Assembly (NCBI RefSeq): GCF_018350175.1
Contig: NC_058368.1
Location: 44,642,001 to 44,706,000 of the forward strand
Source of the DNA: Felis catus
Taxonomy: Eukaryota
DNA: 64,000 nucleotides
Direction of reading: 5' to 3'
How positions within the stretch are numbered: the stretch's first letter is position 1; each line of letters opens with the position of its first letter. Shown one piece after another: positions 24,194 through 37,482 of this stretch. The notes beneath the pieces were generated by a model. The model ran no database searches. It was not told the origin of the DNA and saw nothing but the letters and a program-made list of their open reading frames with translations. Made by a program: the position numbers and the translations under genes.

Positions 24194-25849
24194 GCACTTT
24201 TTAGATTGATAAAGTGAATAGAATTTGAGAAGCGGACATTAGGAAGGTTTGGATATGACAAGGAGAGATAATTTTTAATATTTATAATTATAGTTTAATT
24301 TTTGACAATTTACTTTTCTCTCTTTGATATTAGGAAGTTTTTCCTTTTTTTCCTTGACTCTACTACAAACAGGATTGCTTTCATAATGTATGAGGTGATT
24401 TGATGATCTAGTTATTTTCTTAGTTTATATATATATTTAAAAGAGTTTTGTTTGTTTATTTGTGTTCTGATTCAGAGCTAGTGCTAATATTCACCTGGGT
24501 TCTATTAATATGCCTACATTTCTCAGAGAAAATAAATAAACTTTATGAAAAATGTATTTTTACAATTGCTTCTCTTAAAATGGTTGTATAATAAAAAAAT
24601 TTTTTTAGTTTCTCTGTAAACATTTACTGTGCATACTTGTTATTACAGTTCAAGGGAGCTTTTATTTCTTTTGTTTTATTAACATTTATCAAGGATTAAC
24701 TAAGGATTAGGCATTGGGCTAAATGGTTTAAGTTATTTTCACAATCCTCTCAGTATACTTACAGTGAGGAAATTCAGGAACAAAGAGGTTAGGTAATTTG
24801 CCCTACTCACATACATGGAGAAAGACAGAGCCTAGACAGAGCCTGAGTGACCTGAACCCCAGTTGTAACCTCTTAACCACTCAGAATACTTCCAGAATGT
24901 TTAAGGAAATGTTTTGTATATTACGAATTTACTACAAATTAAAAAAAAAAAATCTATCTGAATTAAACTAGTAAAAGGGAAGCTCGTTCACTAATTCCTG
25001 CTACTCTTATCCATAATTTATAGTTTCAAAGAAGAAAAGTAGACTGGTAAATGCATACAATGATTCTTTTTCTGACGGCCTTCCACGAGAGAAAGGCAGA
25101 AAAGATGAATCCTTTGGGATTCGGTTTGGGATTATTTCTGAGCCTTTGAAGAAAGGAAGAGCAGAAATACCTTCCTCCTACCAAGATTGAGCGGTGCTAG
25201 GTATGCAAGGAGACAAGCGGGAAGTGGTTAAAGAGCATCTCACTCCAAGACTACTTAGGATCCCTCCGCATGACCTTTTGATACTTACAAATAAGAGTGT
25301 CCTGGGTAAATTTTTCTTCATCTCCCCAAGCAGTTTGATATTACCTGATCAACGTCTTTTACATCTGATACTTAATCTCTCATAGCACTTTTCCTGGGTA
25401 TTATTTGCTTTTAAATGCCTTTCTTCTCACTGTTCTGGATATAAAGAACCATTTGTTGTTTAAAATTATGCTTCCAACACCGATTTGGATTCTTGGCATT
25501 ATAGAAGGGTTTCAATGAATATTTGACAGATGAATATATTGCATTATTAACATATTACATTTAACTTATCTTCACCCTATAAATTACAGAGAATCGTATA
25601 TTCATTTTAACATAGATCTATAATTTCTATATGCTTACATAATTTCAAGCCAATTGAATAACTGAGATTTTTCTAAAAATTCCTGATTGTTTTCATTGGC
25701 GCTCTGTTTAAATTAATAGCATAAAATATGATTAATAGCATTAGTCCAAAAAGGTTTTCAGTCCCTAAAATAATGTCTTTTTATGACCGTAGATCTGATT
25801 AATTTTGATTGTGAATGTAGATCTAGGAATGTGATATATATATATACCC

Positions 25850-26068
25850 TTTTTTTAAGTTTATTTATTTTGAGAGAGAGAGAGCGCGCCCGCATTCAAG
25901 GGAGTGGGGGAGGGGCAGAGAAAGAGGGAGAGAGAGAATCCCAAACAGGCTGCACACTGTCAGCAGGGAGCCCGACACAGGCTCCAACCCATAAACTGTG
26001 AGACTCTGACCTGAGCTGAAATTAAGAGTGGGACACTTCACTGACAAATGAACCACCCAGGTGCCCCA
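25850..26068 (-). mobile_element. CAN-SINE
   Basis: Full body; flanking gtgatatat repeat. Confidence 0.88.
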
Positions 26069-26793
26069 GTGATATATTTATTAAAGAAATATAATTTTAT
26101 ACACTAACCCATTTGATAATCAACAAATGCATAGAATATTAGACTAGCCATCCAAACATAAATATTTTATGATTGATTAATCTGTTTCTCTGTTCCTACT
26201 CTTCCAGGGAGTAAGTAGACACTGTTGATTTCCTAGGACTTAGAAAAATTAATGTAGCATCATTGTATGTTAAAATAAGGCACCTTTTTACCCTGAAAAC
26301 ACCTTTGCTTTCTTTTTACTACATTCTTTGGTATTACTTTGCTAGTTCAATTCAGTAGTGAAGCTTTTAGTCTCCATGGTTACTTTTGCAAATGTAATTT
26401 GGTGAGATGAGAGTAAAAATCAATCAAGGCAGTACCTGGACGTGCAATTTAGCTATTCTCCCTAATGTGTACACTTCATAGCCTGTTTTCCACAGTCCTT
26501 TAGGAATTATCTTAATGTTTTAATTGAAATCAAACTAGATTTAATATAATCCTTTTTTTCAGTATTTAAATTAAAAATAAATTTCCCCCAATAAAAATAA
26601 TAAAAATAAAAAATAATAAAAAATAAAAACAAATTCTCTGCAAGCATCTTCTATATCAGTTAAAATCTAAATATGCCATTTGTATCAGCCAATTATTGTA
26701 CGTCATTTATATCTGGTAATAGAAGTGAGGGAAAGGAATGGGTTTTGGACTTTGAAGAAACATAGGCATTTAAGTATATATTATTTTTAAAAG

Positions 26794-27604
26794 TGTTGCA
26801 AGATTCTTTACTTCACTACACAGGATTCATTGTCTCACCACTTCAAAGAATGAAGAGGTGGACACAGAATAAAATAAGCAGCAGGCAAAAGTTTATTATA
26901 AGATTAGAAAGTAAGAATAGTATTGGGGCACCTGGGTGGCTCAGTCGGTTGAGCGTCCTGATCTCTCATTTTGTGAGTTCAAGCCCTGCGTCCGGCTCTG
27001 TGCTGACGGCTCAGAGCCTGGAGTCTGCTTCAGATTCTCTGTCTCCTCTCTCTCTGTTTCTCCCCGACTCGGTCTCTCTGTCTCTCTCTCTCTCTCTCTC
27101 TCAAAAATAAGAGTAAAGATTTTTTAAAAAATTAGAAAGTAAGAACAGTATGAAAGCTCTCTGCAGAGAGGGGACACCAGCAGCTATAGGCAAGGGGCTG
27201 TGTTTTTTAGGGTTTGGGTTGGCCTCTCTACTTTCCCCTTGTTCCTTTTCAAGTTCTACCCTTACCAGCTGGTTAACTCTAAATGCCTAGTCATTCTTTT
27301 TTGATTGGCTCATTTCCATTGTACAAGGTGGTCTATGGCCATACTACTGTTCCTTGTGGGTCATGTGTTCTATGGTCTACTTATTTTTAGTCAGGTCTTC
27401 TGTTTGTCAAATTCCTGAGGGAAACCTGAGGGGAAGTCAGTGCTGTCTGTTACATTTTTAAGAGGAACTTTATGCCTGAGGGAGTTTGCTCGAGTTCAGA
27501 CTTTCCCAGAAGAAATGTTTTAAAATATGTGTTTTTCCCCACCCGGGGACCTTCAAGCCCTAGCCTCTCCCTTTCTACTTACTGAATCCTATCTTTCCCT
27601 ATCA
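26794..27604 (-). mobile_element. ERV solo LTR with inserted SINE
   Basis: TG...CA ends flanked by identical taaaag; tttatt (poly(A) signal on minus strand) ~100 bp from the left end. Confidence 0.75.
26924..27130 (+). mobile_element. CAN-SINE inside LTR
   Basis: TSD attagaaagtaagaa(t/c)agta. Confidence 0.88.
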
Positions 27605-28579
27605 TAAAAGGACTTTGACATTTTTGTGTATGGGCATGAAGTATAAAGGATATGACAATTGTGAAATTCCAAACATTCATATCGTAACTTTCTGAACTAT
27701 TGATAAGAGAATTAGACTTGTTTATGTTCAAATATCTTAACTGCCAAAGGTGATTGGTCCTAAGATAGGGGGAAATTCAGTAGAATACACGTACACTTCA
27801 GTTATGCAAAGGTATCAAGTTGCAACTAGCATAGCATTATCTATATAGAATAAGAACACTTTACATTTTACTATAAGTAATCTAGTATCCATAAGTTGGG
27901 TTTTGAGCCAGTATGAGTCAATACTTACTTTCTCATAAGTATTATTTAATAAAATGAATTGTCATAGCTGTACTATGTAATTCTGTTCTTAGTTCTGTGA
28001 TGGATAGAGTATAATCTAAAAACAAAACTGTTATTTTGAATATTGAGGTAATGATGAATTATTAATACATATGAAAGTACTTTATAAACATGAAAAATAT
28101 TTTTGCTTTTGAGTGTGCTCTATATGCAAAAAATACTGTTAGTGGTGGTTTTCTTCATGGAATAAAAAACTTTTAAAGATAATAATGTCGACAAACAATA
28201 TTTTCCTTAAGTTTCTAAATTGAACTTTCAAAGTCTTGGTGCTTTAGTTATAAATCTCTGAAATAGTAACAGTCCCTTTTAAGGGAGCCCTTGATTAATA
28301 TATGCTTATATAAATTTAAGCACATTAGATTTCCTTAAATGATCAATCCCATTTTCAACTTATTTAAATTCCCTCCAACATTTTAATCTTCATTCATAAA
28401 TATAACAACACTTGTGTTTTAAGTTTGTGAAGTAATTATCTTGAGACAGAAAACATTAAAACATTAGCCAACTCTAATAATACATTAAAATTATAAATTC
28501 AGTGGTTTAATTTTTAATATTCAAGTGTTGTCCATAATCTTTATCACATTTTCTTTTACCCTGCCACATAAAATTTATT

Positions 28580-28812
28580 TTTTTGACTTTTTTAAAGATG
28601 CTTATTTATTTTGAGAAAGAGAGAGAAAGAGAGCAGGCATGTGAGCCAGCACCAGCAGCAAAGGGCAGAAAAAGAGGGAGAGAGAATCTCAGGCAGTCTC
28701 TAAGCTGTCAGCTCAGGGTCCCATGTCGGGTTCAATCTCATGACCATGAGGTCATGACCTGAGTCAAACTCAAGAGTCAGATATTCAACTGATTGAGCCA
28801 CCCGGGTGCCCC
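28580..28812 (-). mobile_element. CAN-SINE
   Basis: Full body ending cccgggtgcccc. Confidence 0.85.
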
Positions 28813-28934
28813 ATTACCCTTCCACATAAAATTTAAAATCTCAAATCAGTATTACTTCCTAAATCTTAATATTACTTACTAGGATCTTAAGGCCGTTGTG
28901 AAGAATTTCTAACGCATCAAAATCCATAAATACT

Positions 28935-29268
28935 GTTCAATTAATTAAAGAAGGAGTCCATTAGACTGAGATGGTTCTAATGCCCTGGTGGCCTACATAA
29001 GCAAATCAAAACATAAACCTGTAAATGGCTCTAGGTTATGAAATCAGAGTGCTAAGAACAACCAGTCACAAACAGCCAACAAAGCTTCAAGCTATAGTCA
29101 ATGGAGTAATTTATTTTGTTTCTGTACCTTCTTTATGTAAGTCTTTCCCCTGGCTCCCTTAGGTGGAATGCTTTTAAACCACTTCTGGTGTGGTGCCGCC
29201 ACAGTGAAATCTATTTTTGTTCAATTAACTCTTAAAATATTTACTATGTCTCAGTTTATCTTTTAACA
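28935..29268 (+). mobile_element. Short ERV1-type solo LTR
   Basis: tgttcaa...tttatcttttaaca terminal structure; the 3' part is repeated at ~17095-17198. Confidence 0.6.
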
Positions 29269-29949
29269 CTACAAATCTTTTAATTGTGTCTCTCAGTTTA
29301 ATGCAAAAGGCATTGCTGCTGTGGGTTTTTCTCCATCCTCTATATAAGAAGTCTAAGTCTCTTTGAAAATACAAGTTCCTCAGTAGGCAGGGAAATAGGT
29401 TTGCCCTTCTAAGTAAACTGGGGTTTAGTTCCCAAACTAAAATTACCATCTCAAAAGAATCCAGGATTGGTAAGAATAACTGTGATTGATTATTACCCCA
29501 GAAATTTGGCTACATGAAACCAGAGACTACTGTCCTCTCCAGTCTCAGTAATACTGAAACAGATTATAAAATAATGGGGATAGTATAAATATATGACCTA
29601 CTTTCTCTTGCATCTTCCTTTGTAAAAAATTGCAGCTTTTTGTAATTGGAACAGTCTGCTTATCATATGCCCCGTTCACCTAGCTAACTATTATTTCTCT
29701 GCTGGGTTTTGGGAGTAATCCAATAAGTAGCACCCTTCCCCATCTAGTTTCTATGCCAATTAAAAAAAAAAATTAGACAAAGAGAAAGCAGATGAGAACC
29801 AAAGCATGACTTTTCTTCCTGATAAAGTGTATACTGGAGTACATGGATTCAATATGAGAACTGAGCAAGATTGCTAACTCCCTACTTGATAACTTCATTG
29901 ACAAAACCAGAGGGGAAATAGAATTTGCAGAGAAGTAATTACTTACATT

Positions 29950-30106
29950 AGTGTTTCTCAGAGTTTAACAAGTCACACTAGATATTTTGTTAAAAAGTGG
30001 GATCTCATTTAGCAGCTTTGGCTGGATCCCAGATTTAGCATTTCTAACAAACTCCTAGGAAATAGTAAAGTTGCTTGTTCAGGGACTATACTTTGATTAC
30101 TAAGGT
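29950..30106. mobile_element. hAT-Charlie MITE (MER5-like)
   Basis: agtgtttctca...gcatttctaacaaactcctagg...ggactatactttga. Confidence 0.65.
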
Positions 30107-30111
30107 CCTAG

Positions 30112-30892
30112 ACTAAGCATCCAGAAACTTTTTCTGTAAAGGTACAGAAAGTAAGTATTCTAGGCTTTGTAATTATATGGTCTCCATCACAACTAACTCT
30201 GCTGGTGTAGCTAGAGTAACCACAGTAAATAGTGGAGGACGCATGGCTGTGTTTCAATAACACTGTATTTAGGGGTGCCTGGGTGGCTCAGTCGGTTAAG
30301 CATCCAAATTCGGCTCAGATCATGATCTCATGTCAGGGTTCAAGTCCTGACAGGGGCTCTGTGCTGACGGCTCAGAGTCTGGAACCTACTTCAGACTCTG
30401 TGTCTCCCTCTCTCTTTGCCCCTCCCCTGCTCACACTCTGTCTCTTGAAAACAAATCAGTGTTAAAAAAATCAGTAACACTGTGTTTATAGACACTGGAA
30501 TTTGTGTTTTACACAATTTTCATGTGTGGTAGAATAGTGGTCTTCTGATTTCCCCCCCCCCCCGCAATCATTTAAAAACATGAAAACTGAGGCGCCTAGG
30601 GGGCTCAGTCGGTTGAGTGTCTGACTTTGGCTCAGGTCATGATCTCACAGTTCGTGAGTTCAAGCTGCACATCGGGCTCTGTGCTAATAGCTTAGAGCCT
30701 GGAGCCTGCTTCAGATTCTGTGTCTCCCTCTCTCTCTGGTCTTCCTCTGCTCACACTCTGTCTCTCTGTCTCTGTCTCTCAAAAATAAACATTAAAACAA
30801 ATAAAGAGATGAAAACCATTTTTAGTTTATAAGCCATAAGAAAACAAACAGTGTGCTGCACTTGGTCTGTGCTCTCTGGCTTACAGACCCCG
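30112..30892 (+). mobile_element. hAT-Charlie MER58B-like element with two SINE insertions
   Basis: aaactttttctgtaaagg...gcatggctgtgtttcaataa...tttatagacactggaatttg...aaaccatttttag. Confidence 0.75.
30272..30805 (+). mobile_element. Two CAN-SINEs (30272-30470, 30589-30805) inside MER58
   Basis: Both have head and CT region; TSDs taacactgt(a/g)ttta and atgaaaac. Confidence 0.88.
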
Positions 30893-31211
30893 GTCAGAGA
30901 TCATTACTTCACCCTGCCCTCACAGAGAAAAAGAACAAATCTGAAGTTAGACAAAAAACAACTGGAGGAAAATTATATTAATGTCAATTGTAAGGACAAA
31001 TACAAATGTAAACAAAGAGGTTTAATTCTCTCTTTAAAATAAGGGAAGAGATTTTTCCTCCCCTCCTCTTTCTCAGAAAATTTACTTTAGAAAACTTGTA
31101 ATTCTGAGTACTTTCTCCTCTCTTTGAATTTATACATAAAAACTTTCAAAACCTAGATGGGCCCTTTGCAACTTTATGACATAGGAATGAATGTCTTTCT
31201 CAAGGGCCTGG

Positions 31212-31665
31212 TGTAGCTAGCACGCAGAGGTGTGGGGGTACCTGGGTCCAGGGTCCCAAACAAGCCAGGTTCAGCCAGCCACTCGCTGCTGACAAAATCC
31301 AAGGCAGAGATATTAGCAGTATTGAAACAAGAAAGGAAATTTATTTCAGCGAGGCCAACATCAGGAAGACTAGCGTCTCAAAGACTGTCTCCAAAATTCT
31401 GAAAATACTTCCTGGTTTATATAAGGAAAATGTGAGGCAGAAGTGGGTGGAAACGTGCAGGTAAACAGTGCAAGTCAAGTTGATCTTTGGGAGTCAATCA
31501 GAGGTGGGATGTTGCTGGTTCAGGGCAAGCTTGCTTGAGGGGATTGTATGGGTTGGCATCAGGGGATGCTTTGCCCTCAGAGTCTTTCATGAGTCAAGAG
31601 ACCAGCTGGAAAGAAGAACCCAGCTAGAATGAGGTCAAAATGGAGGTAGCTGAAGTCCTCTTTCC
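31212..31665 (-). mobile_element. Nested ERV solo LTR
   Basis: Starts TG, flanks ctgg/ctga, tttatt and TATA-like tttatataa arranged for minus orientation. Confidence 0.65.
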
Positions 31666-31911
31666 CTGAGGGGACCATCTCTTTGATATGTAATTATCAT
31701 GGAAGACAACAGTCCTATCTCCTAGTTCCTGAAGGAAGGTAGGGGCCTAACTTCAGTGGGATGCTTGGTCCAGGTTGCAAAATTACCTGCTGTCATAAAG
31801 TTTGAGAAGTGTTCCTCCCTACCCCCCCAGATAAAGCTAATTAACACAGATGCTTATCCCAATTACCCAGTAAAATTAGGTGAACTATGTGTGACAAATG
31901 GTTCTATCTAG

Positions 31912-32379
31912 TCTTTTTTTTTAATGTTTATATTTATTTTTGAGACAGAGAGAGAGCATGAGCAGGGGAGGGGCAGAGAGAGAGGGAAACACAGAATTAG
32001 AAGCAGGCTCCAGCCTCTGAGCTCTCAGCACAGAGCTCGATGCATGTCTTGAACTCATCAACCACGAGATCATGACCTGAGCTGGTCTGATGCTCAACTG
32101 ACTGAGCCACCCACAGGTCCCTATCTAGTCTTCTTATTTGAGAAATACTGTTTGTCTTTTTGCTTTTCTAATTTATTTTTTTTAATCTTTATTTATTTTT
32201 GAGAGACAGAGCATGAGTGGGGGAGGGGCAGAGAGAGAGGGAGACACAGAATCCAAAGCAGATTCAAGGCTCTGAGCTGTTAGCATGGAGTCCAATGTGG
32301 GGCTCAAATTCATGAACTGGGAGATCATGACCTGAGCCAAAGTCAGATTGTCAACCAACGGAGCCACCCAGGTACCCCC
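31912..32379 (-). mobile_element. Two CAN-SINEs (31912-32121, 32170-32379)
   Basis: TSDs ctatctagtctt and aaatactgttt(g/a)tctt. Confidence 0.88.
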
Positions 32380-32413
32380 AAAAATACTGTTTATCTTGAA
32401 AATATGTGGTAAC

Positions 32414-33483
32414 TGAGGCAAGGGAAACCAAAGCAAAAATAAACTATTGAGATTTCATCAAAATTAAAAGCTCTGCCCAGCAAAAGAAACAAGAAAATTG
32501 AAAGGCAACCTACAGAATGGGAGAAGATACTTGCAAATGACATATCCGATAAAGGGTTAGCATCCAAAATATAGAAAAAAAAATTATAAAACTCAACACC
32601 CAAAAAACAAATATTCCACTTAAAAATGAGCAAAAGACATGAACAGGCATTTCTCCAAAGAAGACATGCAGAGGAGATGAGAAGACAGACACATGAAGAG
32701 ATGTTCATCATCACCTACCATCATGGAAATGCAAATCAAAACTACAAAGAGCTATCGACTCACACCTGTCAGAATGGCTAAAATCAACAAGAGAAGAAAC
32801 AACAGGTGTTGGTGAGGATGTGGAGACAAAAGAACACTCATGTACTACTGGTGGGAATGCAAACTGGTCCAGCCACTGTGGAAACTAATCTGGAAGTTCC
32901 TCAAAAAGTTAAAAATAGAATTAGCCTATGGTCCAGCAACTGCACTACCGGGTCTTTACCCAAAGAATACAAAACACTAATTCAAAGGGATACATGCACC
33001 GCTATGTTTATATCAGCATTATTGACAATAGCCAAATTATAGAAGCATCCACTGATTGATGAATGGATAGAGAAGAGGGGGTATCTGTTTACACAATGAA
33101 ATTCAGCCACAAAAGGAATGAAATCTTGCCATTTGCAATGACATGGATGGAGCTTGAGAGTATATTAAGCAAAATAAGTCAGAAAAAGACAAATACCATA
33201 TGATTTTACTCATATGTGGAATTTTAGAAACAAAACAAATGAGCCACGGGGACAATAAAAAGAGAGAGAGAGAGAGGGAGGCAACCTAAGAAACAGACTG
33301 TTAACTATAAGAACAAACTGATGGTAACCAGAGGGGAGGTGGATGAGGGCATGGCTTAAATAGTGCTGGGGATTAAGGAGTGCACTTGTGATGAGCACCA
33401 CATGATGTATGGAAGAGTTGAATCACTGTATTATTGTACACCTGGAACTAATATAACACTGTATGTTAATGAATTAAAAAAAA
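32414..33483 (+). mobile_element. 5'-truncated carnivore L1 (ORF2 C-terminus and 3' UTR)
   Basis: aggcaacctacagaatgggagaagatacttgcaaatgac, cacacctgtcagaatggctaaaatc, A-rich tail. Confidence 0.9.
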
Positions 33484-33676
33484 GAATTTACTGTAGAGGG
33501 ATAAAAAACAATATACAACATTTATATGTCACAAAATATTAATTTTCCATATGAGACAACCATAGTCCTTAAGATGATACAATTCTAGGCCTTTTCAAAT
33601 TATCTAGTAGTGTAATAGTGGAATATTTATAGGAAGAAGTCCTGTTAAACCTATGTAGGAAACAATAAAGTTGCCT

Positions 33677-34852
33677 TACAGAGGAAGAAAAATAATTTTT
33701 CCTTTATCCTTCTAGGCTCTTGGCTGAGAGTCCCCTGTAAAAAGAGAGATTAACAGGAGAAAAACAAACAGAAGTTTAATAATCAATACACCTCCTGTAC
33801 ATGGGAGATACCTAGGAAAAGTGACTAACTCACCTAAACGACCCAACGTACCACCTTAAATACCATCACCAGGAAAAGATAAAAGGAGATGTTGGGGGTG
33901 GGAGCCAGTTATGGGAGGCTATCAAGTAAAAGCATAGCAAACAAGGGTAAGGTTTTTAGGCAGATTTAGGTTGTTGCCTTCTTCGTTATGAGTTTGGGAA
34001 TACCTGGGTGGCGCACTTGGTTAAATGTTCAGCTCTTGAGCAAAGATGGGGCTCCTGACTTTGGCTCAGGTCATGATCTCATGGTTCCTGAGTTCAAGCT
34101 CTGCATCTGGCTCTGCACTGGTAGTGTGGAGCCTGCTTGGGATTCTCTATATCCTTCCTCTCTGCCACTGCCCCGCTTGCATACTCTGTCTCTCTCTCTT
34201 TCTCAAAATAAATAAACTTTAATAAAAAGGTTTCTAGGGGCACCTGGGTGGCTCAGTCACTTAAGCATCAGACCCTTGATTTTGGCTCAGGTCATGACCT
34301 CATGCTCATGGGACTGGGGCCCACATCAAGCCCTGCTTGGGATTCTCTCTGTCCTCTGTCTTTCTCTCTCTTGAAATAAATAAATAAAAACTAAAAAAAC
34401 AATTTCAACATCTTCAGTCATCCTCCTCTTTTAGTTATAGAGATGGAAACATTCTTACAAGTGGAAATTTCCCCTATACATGTAAATGTCCCTTACTGGA
34501 AAATTATTTTATACTCAATTTTCAGAGCTTTTCCTCTTTCTGTTGTTTCTTTAAAACTAACCAGCTCAAGTGTACCTGGGTGGCTCAGTCTGTTAAGCAT
34601 CCTACTTTGGCTCAGGCCATGATCTCACTGTGAGTTCCAGCCCCGCATCAGGCTCTGTGCCAACAGCTCAGAGCCTGGAGCCTGCTTTGGATTCTGTGTC
34701 TCCCTCCCTCTCTCTGCACCTCCTCCGCTCATTCTCTGTCTCTCTCTCTCTCTCTCTCTCTCAAAAATAAAATAAAAACATAAAAAAATAAAAAAAAAAT
34801 AACCAGCTCAAGCTAATCCTTATGCCAAAGAGGCAAATTCTCCTCCCCTTCA
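33677..34852 (-). mobile_element. ERV1-type solo LTR carrying three SINE insertions
   Basis: Start resembles the 21975 LTR (gattaacaggagaaaaac); ends ccccttca. Confidence 0.65.
33997..34800 (+). mobile_element. Three CAN-SINEs (33997-34228, 34237-34400, 34571-34800)
   Basis: Three heads cctgggtggc; last has TSD taaccagctcaag. Confidence 0.88.
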
Positions 34853-34965
34853 TGCCTAAAATATTAATTTTGATTCTCATTCCTCCTATTATTATATTGT
34901 AATTTTCCTCTCTTTTGAAATATTAAAAACACTATGACCAGGTTTAACAAATGACATAGACATGT

Positions 34966-35187
34966 TTATTATTTTTTGAAGTTTACGTATTTCTTTATTT
35001 TGAGGAAGAGAGAGGGAGATAGTGCCTAGTAGGGGCAGAGAGAGAAGCAGAGAGAGAGAATCCTAAGCAGGCTCCATGTTATCAGCACAAAGCTATATGT
35101 GGGGCTCGATCCCAGGAACTGTAACATCATGACCTGAGCTGAGATACAAAGTCTGACGCTTAACCAACTGAGCCACCCAGTTACCCT
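34966..35187 (-). mobile_element. CAN-SINE
   Basis: TSD tgacat(a/g)gacatgttta. Confidence 0.88.
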
Positions 35188-35879
35188 GACATGGACATGT
35201 TTAAAAGAAGAATTTCCCAAAGCCACAAAACCTTAAATTTGTTATAGAAACATTTTAACCTAGAAATGTAAGACCATAGATATTTCAATATTACATTTTA
35301 GCCTATGTGTAAATGTTAATGTTTTTAGGGTTATTATTTATCACAGGTTTTAGCTGACTGGTTGCAAATTTTAATTTCATACATAGACTTGCTGGTTTAT
35401 TCAAACCATAATATTATGTAGTTAATAATTTAAATTATTTATACTCTTTGACTAGCCAATATTTTTCAGGAGATTGCACTAATGCTTCTATTCTTATTCA
35501 GTCTCCTATTCCAGTATTTAGGAGAAACTTACAAATGTCATCTCTTTGATTTTATTTTAACTGTAAGATTGATTGCATTTTATTGGCTTTTAATGTGCAA
35601 CATAAAAAAATTCAGTACCACCATGTTTGGAGATTTGGATGTGATTGCATACTTTATAAAGAATTTTGAACCATATTATGTATTCATATTCTCATTAACA
35701 GTCATCATTAAAATTGAAAATACATGCAGAATATTCTAATACTTCATTGTGCTATTTATAAAAATGTTACACTTCAGGGATACCAATGTAATAAAAACAT
35801 GGAATGGTATCTTGGAAAAACTAGCCTCATAGATGCTATTTTCTATACTTTCTTTATTTAAATATGCTTTATTAGTTAA

Positions 35880-36088
35880 TTTTTTAAAATGTTTTTAATG
35901 TTTATTTTTGAGAGAGACAGAGTATGAGTGGGGCAGGGGCAGAGAGTGAGGGAGACACAGAATCCGAGGCAAGCTCCAGGCTCTGAGCTGTCAGCACAGA
36001 GCCCAACACAGGGCTTGAACTCACCAACTGTGAGATCATGACCTGAGCCGAAGTTGGACTCTCAACCAACTGAGCCACCAAGATGCCA
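35880..36088 (-). mobile_element. CAN-SINE
   Basis: Core motif; flanking atgctttatta repeat. Confidence 0.88.
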
Positions 36089-36597
36089 CAAATGCTTTAT
36101 TAATTCAAAGAGCCAAATAGTGAATCCTATTAGCAAAAATTTTACCTCAAGTGGCAATCGTTAGCAGAACTGATTTATCAATTGACGAGTCAAGTTTCGA
36201 ATCCTGGACTGGAGTCTTGGCAGAGTAGGTAATAAGTGCTGGGACTTATTTAGTATGTGACCTTGGAGGACAATTTCCTTTTCAGCAAATTGGCACAATT
36301 AAATCTATTCTCCCTATTTCATGTAGGCTTATCAGTTCATCATCCAAAGTGCTGTTCAATGTCATCATTTGATCAATTACTGTATACACTTACTGTGCAA
36401 TATAAGCAGTAGCATAGGCTAATGTGATCTATATATAGAAAGTAGATGGTTGATGTAGCAAGTTTGCTTCAGGAAAATTCCTTATCAGGAAAAAAATATA
36501 GTAAAGATCTTGATTCATCAAATTTTAAATATGACCACCACAAAACTTCAGTGGTTAAAAAATAGACATACCTACTTTATCTTCTCCTCTATTCTTT

Positions 36598-36820
36598 TTT
36601 TTTTTTAATTTTTTTTTCAACGTTTATTTATTTTTGGGACAGAGAGAGACAGAGCATGCACGGGGGAGGGGCAGAGAGAGAGGGAGACACAGAATCGGAA
36701 ACAGGCTCCAGGCTCTGAGCCATCAGCCCAGAGTCCGACACGGGGCTCGAACTCCCGGACTGTGAGATCGTGACCTGGCTGAAGTCGGATGCTTAACCGA
36801 CTGCGCCACCCAGGCGCCCC
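36598..36820 (-). mobile_element. Young CAN-SINE (SINEC_Fc-like)
   Basis: CpG-rich; perfect TSD ttctcctctattcttt. Confidence 0.93.
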
Positions 36821-37482
36821 TTCTCCTCTATTCTTTAATTTCAAAACTAAGTTGTCTATTCTAGCTGGCTAATATTCTCTGTATGTTCTATGTCTTGGAG
36901 AAAATATGTGGGAAGAAGAAACTAAATGTACTTAATGCTACTAAACTATACACTTAGAAATGGTGAAGATGATAAATTTCATGCTATGCATTTTTTTACC
37001 TGCAATTTTTAAAAATCATTGATACTTCCTCCTGTCTTATACTTCTAGTGGCATAATTTTTCTGAGGTAAAATGTGACCAATAAATTTGATCATATGTAT
37101 ATGTTGGGAAAATTTAGATTTCCTAATATTTCCTTTATACAAACTATCAATATTTTCCTTGGTTATTAGATTTCAAACATTTTTCTCCATCCGGCAATAA
37201 AAATCAATCCCATGGCTTACTCTGACTCAAAGAGGATTTTTTTTTCACCTTTTCTAGATCCTTCACAATTATCAGCACTCATTATGTGATGTGTGTTTTG
37301 TAGGCATTATTTCTAACTACCTCAACTGAGTGACTACAAAAGAAAGCAATAATTAAAGACTGTATTTGATGTCAGTGTAATGTTTAAGAGGAAATAAACA
37401 TTTTGAGAGAGATACATACTCCTTGATTATTTTGAAAACTCAAGCAATAAAAATGCCCTATCTCTACAGTATACCTTATCAA

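Larger units (their letters stand above)
30900..32410 (+). mobile_element. ERV1-type (MER34-like) LTR interrupted by a second LTR and two SINEs
   Basis: Homologous in reverse complement to 437-1345; sequence resumes after the nested insert at ~31666. Confidence 0.6.
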
